Positions 32,250 to 39,520 of a stretch of DNA of 39,520 nucleotides are shown piece after piece. The notes below the pieces were generated by a model. That model ran no database searches, was not told where the DNA came from, and was given only the letters and a program-made list of their open reading frames with translations. The stretch lies in the NCBI RefSeq assembly GCF_001194135.2, contig NC_068985.1, positions 78,529,798 through 78,569,317 of the forward strand, read 5' to 3'. The position numbers and the translations under genes are program-made. How positions within the stretch are numbered: position 1 is the stretch's first letter; each line of letters begins with the position of its first letter. Source of the DNA: Octopus bimaculoides (Eukaryota).

Positions 32250-34900
32250 AACATGTGGAAGTGACATAAGTCATTGAAGAGATAGGTGACTGAGGTTTCG
32301 GAGGTGTTGGTGAAGTTGTGGTGTTTGTTGTTTGAAGAGGTGTGTGATGAAGGGGAATATTTGGCTCTGTAGTGAGGGCTTCAGAGAAAGCACGCTTCAC
32401 TCTGTCAATCGAAACTGTGTGTTTTTTTCCACTAATGTTTATGGTAAAAAGCTCGTCCGTACATACACACAGTAAGGTCCAGTGTAAGGTTGTGTGAGAG
32501 GACCTTTCACAGAGTCTTTACGTAAAAACACATGCATCCAGGAAGCAATATCAGAAAAAACAGCAGAAGATACAGTTTGTCACCGAGAGGACATTGGTGG
32601 AAGGTCAGACAAATAAGCCTGTGAACGATGTACATATGTTGTTGGGTCGTGGGTGGATAAATCCTCAGGTGCCAACATCTGACCAAGAAGAGACAATGGA
32701 ACACCAAAGAGTAGCTTGGCTGGTGAATATCCCAAATCCTCTTTCACCAAAAGGCAACAACCCAAAAGAACAGGTAGGTTCTTTTGGATGTTTCACACCT
32801 AAAATCTGTGAAAGTTTTTTAAAGAATTGTCTCCTACGGTCAGTCATGATGCTTAACGGGACACCAAACCACGACATCCAACTTGAGACTAGAGCTTGGG
32901 CTGCCGACTCTGTAGAGATATCACATAATGGAACAGTCTCAGGCCAACGCGAAAGACGGTTGACACATGTAAGAATGTAGCTGAAACCACAGCTAAAGGG
33001 CCAAGGACCAACCAGGTCTATATGGAAATGTTGAAAATGAGCATCTGGAGGTTCAAAAGTGCCAAGGGGGGCGCAAATGTGCTTGTGTACCTTAGATTGC
33101 TGGCATTGTAAATAAGAGTAAGACCATGCAGTAATATGCCAATGCATATTCGGCCAGAAAAAAATGAGCTGCAATAAGCTTTACAGAGGTCATGATGCCA
33201 GGGTGTGATAGCATATACAAGGTGTTAAAAACAAGTCTTCGGTGTCACTCGGGAACTAAATGACACAGAAAATCGGTTGAAACATCACATAATATAGGTC
33301 GGTCAGCAGTTGGCAATGAAAGGTATTCAAATTTACGGTGTGCAAATTCATCAGATGAGGTATCCAGCGAACTCAAAGCGGGTTGGTCAGCAGCTAAAGT
33401 AGACAAATTAATCTCAGCAGCAGATGACAAGAAACGTATGAGAAGCTGCAATAGGGTATCAGCCACTATATTACTGGAACCAGAAGTATACCGGATATCA
33501 CTAGTAAACTGTGATATGAAATCCAATTGCCGGGTTTCTCTTGGTGAGTACTTGTCCACTTTTGATAATAAAGCGAATGTGAGAGGATTATCATCAGTGA
33601 AAATTGTGAATTCTTAACCCTTGAAAAAATGACAGAAATATTACACAGCTAGGAAAATGACCAACAGTTCTCTGCCAAACATGCTATAATGAGATTCAAT
33701 GAGTTTGAGCTGGCAAGAGAAGAAAGCCAAAGGTTGCATCCTATCATGGTAAGACTGTTGAAGAACAGCACCAACTGCAGTATCAAATGCATCAATAGAG
33801 AGAGAGAAGCAAGTACTCTCAGACAAGTTTTCCAGTTCATCTTTCATTGTTTGAAAAGCTTGCAGGTGCAATGGTGTAAGAGAAATAACCTCGTTCTTTT
33901 TTTGTTTTTTTTCCTATTTTGTAACACCTGAGTTAAAGGGGCCAGTTTCACAGTATACTGCAAGATGAACCGGCAGTAAAAGTTTACCAATTCCAAAAAG
34001 CAGCAAAGCTGCCGAAGAAATGTAGGAGAAGCAAGACTTTGTATAGTCTGAATTTTCTCAGGAACAGGTCGAATTCTGGTGCTGTCTGTCAGATGCCCCA
34101 AAAATTCCAAAGAGGAGGAACCAAAAACACATTTGGCAGGGTTTAATTTCACTTGGTACGTATTTAAACGCTGGAAGAGCAGTGTTAAGTGTTTCTCAGG
34201 AGTAGAACCAGCGATTAGTAGGTCATCTATGTATGCAAACACAAAATGCAACCCACAAGGGACCTCATCCATGAATCTCTGGAACATATTATCTGCATTT
34301 TTAAGTCCGAAAAGCATGGAAAGGGATTCGAAGGACTCGGATGAAGTGACGATAGCAGTCTTCGGTATATCATCCAGGTTAACAAAAATCTGGTGATATG
34401 CCCTTACTAGGTCTATCTTTGAAAATACTGTGCAACCGTGCAACCATGCCGTCAAAGCATAATGGTCATGATACCAACAATATGGCGAAGCAGTGGGAGA
34501 AAACGAATGCCGTCCAGAAGATGAACGGCTAGAGGACCTGTAGTGGTGAAAATTTTAAACAGAACACAATTTCCTGACTTCCTTAGTCAATTCCAAAATA
34601 GCTTGAAGAGCTACTGCTTGTGTGGAACTGCTGTCGACTGCAGAAGGAGGAACAGAAGAAGTTGCAGCAACTACTTTATTGTCCACTGGTACATTGACAG
34701 AGAATTCTATAATTTTGTCAGAAGAAAAAGCTAGTTGGTCCGCTGAACTGACCTCAACCATGGGTGCCAAAATCAACTGAATGTTACATGGCAACTAGGA
34801 GAAGAAAAGTTAGAACTGCCCTCAGGAGAAATGTCAGTCAAGTTGACACATCCTTGAAAATTTTCAGACAGTCGCCTATCTCCCAAACGTTCATCATCAA
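32250..34900 (-). pseudogene. pol: Disrupted Gypsy gag-pol
   Basis: Gag: LLDDERLGDRR. RT: FSKIDLVRAYHQI, MLFGLKNA, FQRFMDEV, YIDDLLIAG. RNase H: IDAFDTAVGAVLQQ, YSMFGRELL, SNIVADTL. Integrase: HIDLVGPWP, RLSRWPETVPL, FGVPLSIMTDRRRQF. Confidence 0.92.
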
Positions 34901-34903
34901 GCA

Positions 34904-35287
34904 GCTTGGACCTACTGTAACAAATTATAGCAGATGCCAGCGAAGTTGGTAACATGACAGTTAATTTCCTTGTAGGCTGTGGCAATAGAATTAGTTGCCG
35001 AACAAGTCGCCATGATAAAGCAGGAGAACGATGATGGTCTGAAATCTTTTAAGCAGGCATCATTGTAGCAATGGTGATAGAAGTCAGCTTAGGCAGACGT
35101 CGTTAGAACTATGGTAACCACATGCGGTCTGTGGCCTTAGGGAGAAGAGAGATTCATGTTCCTTGGTACCCAAAATGGAAAGAGAGAGAGCCAAAAAAAC
35201 CTCGGAATATATAGGAGTCAGCTGCCATGCCACCTGTTGGCGTTTTCTAGCAAATGAACGTAATTCAGCTAGCTTCGCTCTGCTACA
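34904..35287 (-). repeat. 5' LTR, truncated at its inner end (PBS and gag N-terminus deleted)
   Basis: LTR similarity stops at ccaagc and runs directly into mid-gag (SKLLDDERLGD). Confidence 0.75.
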
Positions 35288-35289
35288 AC

Positions 35290-37420
35290 TTCTTCACAGG
35301 AATTTCGACAATACCAACAGGGTATTTTTACATGTATGTGTGTATATGTGCACTATTTGGAGTCAGAGCATACACAGATTTGTATGTTTTGTTTTATGTA
35401 TGTATTCTCATGCATATAGTTGCATTAGACATTTGCAGATATTTAAATGATAAAATTCTGGGAAGTTTTACAGATTTTTACTGTTCCAGTGATGGCTTGG
35501 ATCTGTAGTCTTCAAATCAGCTTTCTCCTTTCTGGTTTTGAGAAGCTTAATTTCTCTAGACTGGTATTTAGACAGTGTGTTACATATCCCAGTGCCCCAT
35601 TAATTACAAGTATAAACCTGAACTTGTAATCTGGATAAAGTAATTGCAGATTTCTCAATAGTTCAGCGTAGGTATTCTCTTTTTCAATGATCTTCAGCTT
35701 TATGTCAACATCTACTGAGCAGCTGATTTCCACAACTGTACACAGTTTCTCTTCTCTGTCCCAAATCATTATATCAGGTCTATTGTGTTTACATTTTATT
35801 GAGGTTTTCACTTGGACATTCTACCAGTACTCCTTTTTATTATGGGTAGCTATGGCTTCACCATTCTGTAGGTTCTTATTTCATTGTCCTCGGGGTTATA
35901 CTTTCAATGGATCTCGTTATACAGTGTCCAGCTAAAACATCATGTCTCATCGGTAGATAATACCATGATGACATTTTTGGACAACTGCTTATGATGTAGA
36001 TGATATCTTTGATGTTAACTCCACAAAGTCTACATTGGTTGTCACATTTTATTACTTTTCCTGCATCTCTGTCCCTTTTGTGCATCAGGTATTTAGTTGA
36101 TATTTCCTGTTCCTGGATTGCAAACAAATACCCTTCAAAGTGGCGGGTAGTAGTCCGGTTGTTGGTTCATGGTAGACTGCTTTGATGATCAATGTTACTA
36201 TCATCTCTGAGCTTTCTATTAATATATCCACACATGGTCTTCTGCTCATATACACTCATCCTTTCATCTGATGATATATTGCAGTAGAGCCGTGTGAATT
36301 TGGGCATGTATTTAAAGTTATCAGACAAGGAATGCTATTCAAAGAGCTACCTTCCAAGTTTTATGATGTTATCAGCCTCATGTATGCAAACTTGGTCAAG
36401 GGATATACTTCAACACTTGGTGGTTAATAGATGTTGCAGAAGGGATATGATATAACATTCGAAGGCATTTTGGATCAATGTTAAGCCTCTGCCACCTTGT
36501 TTTCTTTTTAGTCAGAGTTGGTCTACATCACTGTTGATGTGGAAATTATGTGTCCTTGTTAGTATCTTCTAGGTTTTCACATCAATGGTTTGGATCCCAT
36601 CAAGCATGCAATCAAGCGACCCAAATGTTGGTATGAGAACTGGCACTGCAAACACATTGTGGACCACTGTTTTATTGAATGCAGAGAATTTTGTGGTCCA
36701 AATTTTCTTTATTCAGCTGTAATATTCTTTTGTTACAGATACCATTGTAAGATATCTTTTCATCCACCCCCAGATACCTGTAACATTCCTCATCAGATAG
36801 AGGGGAAACAGTCAAGTCATTGATGGAGATGTTGCTAGTCTGCTTTACAGATTTCCCTATTTTCATAACCATATCCTGACCAAACTCCAGCCCTATATCC
36901 TTTGAGAATGTAGTAACCAGGTCAAGGCTCTTTTTTCATCTTGTACATATTCTTTATATATAGACTCAAGTCATCCACAAAGAAATAGCACATAATTTTG
37001 GTATTTCTCTTTCCTTGTGAACCAGTGAGATATCCTTCAGACTTCAACATTAATGAGAAGGGGTTTACAGAAAGTATAAACAATATCACAGAGAGGCTGT
37101 CTCCTTGGAATATGCCTCTGTGATACTGCATTCTATCAGTGATAATAAAGTCACTCCTTGTGTTTAAATTCGAGATGGTGGCCCATGATGAAGTCAGGTC
37201 AGCTCTGGCTTTGACTGTGCTCACTGGAACTTTAGCAAGTTGTAGGGCTTCTAGCATCCATGAGTTGGGAACAGAGTCAAACACTTTCTTGTAGTCTAGC
37301 CACATTGAAACTAGGTTCTTTCTATGCCCCCACACCTCTGATACCACAGTTTTGTTGATTAACAATTGCTTAGCACATCTCCAGACTCTCTTCTTCCCAG
37401 CTGCTAGTTCTGCTGTGATG
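35290..37420 (-). mobile_element. R4/Dong-like non-LTR retrotransposon with restriction-like endonuclease, 5'-truncated and decayed
   Basis: RT: WLDYKKVFDSVP, RGIFQGDSLS, FFVDDL. Knuckle region: FAIQEQEISTKY...CRLCG...IISSCP...RHD. RLE: HNRPDIMIWDREEKLCTVVEISC...EKENTY. Confidence 0.85.
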
Positions 37421-37499
37421 ATGTTATTGCCTTCATGTGTTTGTGCGTGTGTGTGTACTATGGTATTATTATCACAAACCACAAAAATGTGACAAAGAC

Positions 37500-37855
37500 T
37501 GCATAGAAGGCAACCTGAAGGAACAGCATATCAATGTAAGGCACTGAGAAGATTTAGCTTTCAAAAGAGCTGAGTGGAGGAAGTGTACAAAGGGAGGCTG
37601 TGAAACTTTTGAAGAGTGTCACTTTGAGCAGGAAACCCTAAGGCATTGGCTTTGGAGGGGCTGTCATCAGAACCATAATGAGAACATAAAGTGAGGTGGG
37701 TGTGAAACATGTGGCCATGCACTCCTTTCTAAGGTTGGATATGTCAACCATTTGAAGTTCCATGAAAGATCAACAGCATGCAACACACTTTCTCCAAGAC
37801 CAGGCGAATTTGGTATGTATAGTGTGTGAAAGGACCTGCAAATTAATTTCGTGAG
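37500..37855 (+). pseudogene. RTE-BovB-like LINE C-terminal fragment
   Basis: GNLKEQHINVRH*EDLAFKRAEWRKCTKGGCETFEE...CETCGHALLSKVGYVNHLKFHE, including the C-terminal C2H2-like motif. Confidence 0.65.
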
Positions 37856-37859
37856 TGAA

Positions 37860-38200
37860 TTCACAGAGACTATATTTCACAGTAATCAGATCAATCCAGT
37901 GGAAGTTACAACTTTTGTCTGTCATCTATGCTTCAAACCATGTGAATCTGCAGCAGGCCTGAGTAGTCAGAATAGCTAGAATATATACTTCAGCTTCAAG
38001 TTGCTGACTCTCAAACAAAGCTTGACTAAGATCCACAATAGAATATTGCTTCCATTTCTGGGAAGGTGCTGCTACTTAACACAGAAATCAACTAGACTCC
38101 ATCATGAGGAGGATCACCTTCTGACAGACATGAAATCATTCACCGACCTCTAGAACACAAACATGTTGTCTTTACAATCTTCCTTTTCTAACACTTCCAT
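37860..38200 (-). pseudogene. Very decayed RTE RT C-terminal fragment
   Basis: AEVYILAILTTQACCRFTW and CNFHWIDLITVKYS resemble KVYxAxVLxxLLYGxETW and ERFHxRCLRxIL. Confidence 0.4.
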
Positions 38201-38829
38201 ACCATGTTTGTTTATAACACATGTAATTCATTGATGTAAGGGGTCTTTGAGATACCACAGAGTTTTGGCCTTATTGTGTGTCTCAGTCAACAAATCTAAA
38301 GACAAGCAAGTTATATCAACTTGCCTAACTTGCTTGTCTTTACATTTACTCATATATATATATATATATATATNNNNNNNNNNNNNNNNNNNNNNNNNNN
38401 NNNNNNNNNNNNNNNNNNNNNNNNNNNNNNNNNNNNNNNNNNNNNNNNNNNNNNNNNNNNNNNNNNNNNNNNNNNNNNNNNNNNNNNNNNNNNNNNNNNN
38501 NNNNNNNNNNNNNNNNNNNNNNNNNNNNNNNNNNNNNNNNNNNNNNNNNNNNNNNNNNNNNNNNNNNNNNNNNNNNNNNNNNNNNNNNNNNNNNNNNNNN
38601 NNNNNNNNNNNNNNNNNNNNNNNNNNNNNNNNNNNNNNNNNNNNNNNNNNNNNNNNNNNNNNNNNNNNNNNNNNNNNNNNNNNNNNNNNNNNNNNNNNNN
38701 NNNNNNNNNNNNNNNNNNNNNNNNNNNNNNNNNNNNNNNNNNNNNNNNNNNNNNNNNNNNNNNNNNNNNNNNNNNNNNNNNNNNNNNNNNNNNNNNNNNN
38801 NNNNNNNNNNNNNNNNNNNNNNNNNNNNN

Positions 38830-38873
<44 letters not shown>

Positions 38874-38901
38874 GATATAGATATATATATATATATATAT
38901 A

Positions 38902-39520
38902 TCATCATCATCATTGTTTAATGTCCGCCTTCCATGCTAGCACGGGTTGGATGATTTGACTGAGGACTGGCGAACCAGATAGCTGCACCAAGCTCCAATC
39001 TGATCTGGCAAAGTTTCTACAGCTGGATGCCCTTCCTAACGCCAACCACTCTGAGAGTGTAGTGGGTGCTTTTACGTGCCACCAGCATGAGGTCCAGTCT
39101 GGCAGTACTGGCAACAGTCATGCTCAAATGGTGTCTTTTACATTTCACCTGCACAGGAGTCAGTCCAGCGGCGCTGGCAATGACCTCGCTCGAATGTTTT
39201 GTTCACATGCCACCGGCACAAGTGCCAGTGAGTCAATGCTGGTAATGATCATGCTCAAATGGTGCTTTTTACATGCCATCGACATGGAAGCCAGACCACT
39301 GCTCTGGCAGTGATCTCACTTAGATGGTGCTGTTAGCACTCCACTGGCACGGGTGCCAGTCATCAAATTTGGTTCAGTTTTGATTTCACTTGCCCCAACA
39401 AGACTTCGCAAGCAGTGTTTAGTGTCCAATGAGGGAAGGTTGGCATGGGTGCCAGTCATCGAATTTGGCTCAATTTTGATTTCACTTGCCTCAACAGGTC
39501 TTCGCAAGCAGGGTTATATA
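38902..39520 (-). mobile_element. RTE 3'UTR copy with (ATC)n on the plus strand and an internal tandem duplication; runs off the window
   Basis: Reverse complement of ~12290-12722. The block gggtgccagtcatc.aatttgg.tca.ttttgatttcacttgcc.caaca.g.cttcgcaagcag occurs twice (~39351 and ~39447). Confidence 0.85.

Larger units (their letters stand above)
30935..35287 (-). mobile_element. Degenerate Gypsy/Ty3 LTR retrotransposon (CsRn1-like), two LTRs
   Basis: Direct repeats at 30982-31378 and 34904-35287. The left LTR has TGTAG...CTACA termini, with a purine-rich tract adjoining 31378 on the minus strand. Internal order is gag-PR-RT-RH-IN. No matching TSD was found. Confidence 0.9.

Overview
AT-rich, microsatellite-rich eukaryotic scaffold with seven N-gaps (about 1494-1628, 9971-10422, 11704-11752, 12723-13711, 14916-15015, 20749-21484, 38374-38829). 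The repeat families look like those of a coleoid cephalopod, most likely Octopus (inference from recognition, not a search). The window is mostly nested, decayed transposons: two Tc1/mariner relics, Helitron pieces, RTE, R4-like and Jockey/I-like LINE relics, a Gypsy LTR element, three SINE families and MITEs carrying TTAGGG repeats. One likely host exon (7138-7830, minus strand, 231 codons, 9-aa repeats) suggests much of the window is intronic. The most unusual region is 21485-25111. Two diverged retroelements encode only a gag-like CCHC ORF1. Each is joined to the first ~59 nt of the same tRNA-derived Nin/Deu-type SINE at the same site. One also ends in that SINE's 3' tail. A third tail nearby is followed by the SINE body restarting at that same site. 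This suggests an ORF1-only (HAL1-like), SINE-targeting, Tx1-like retroposon system. All alignments were done by eye; no searches were run.
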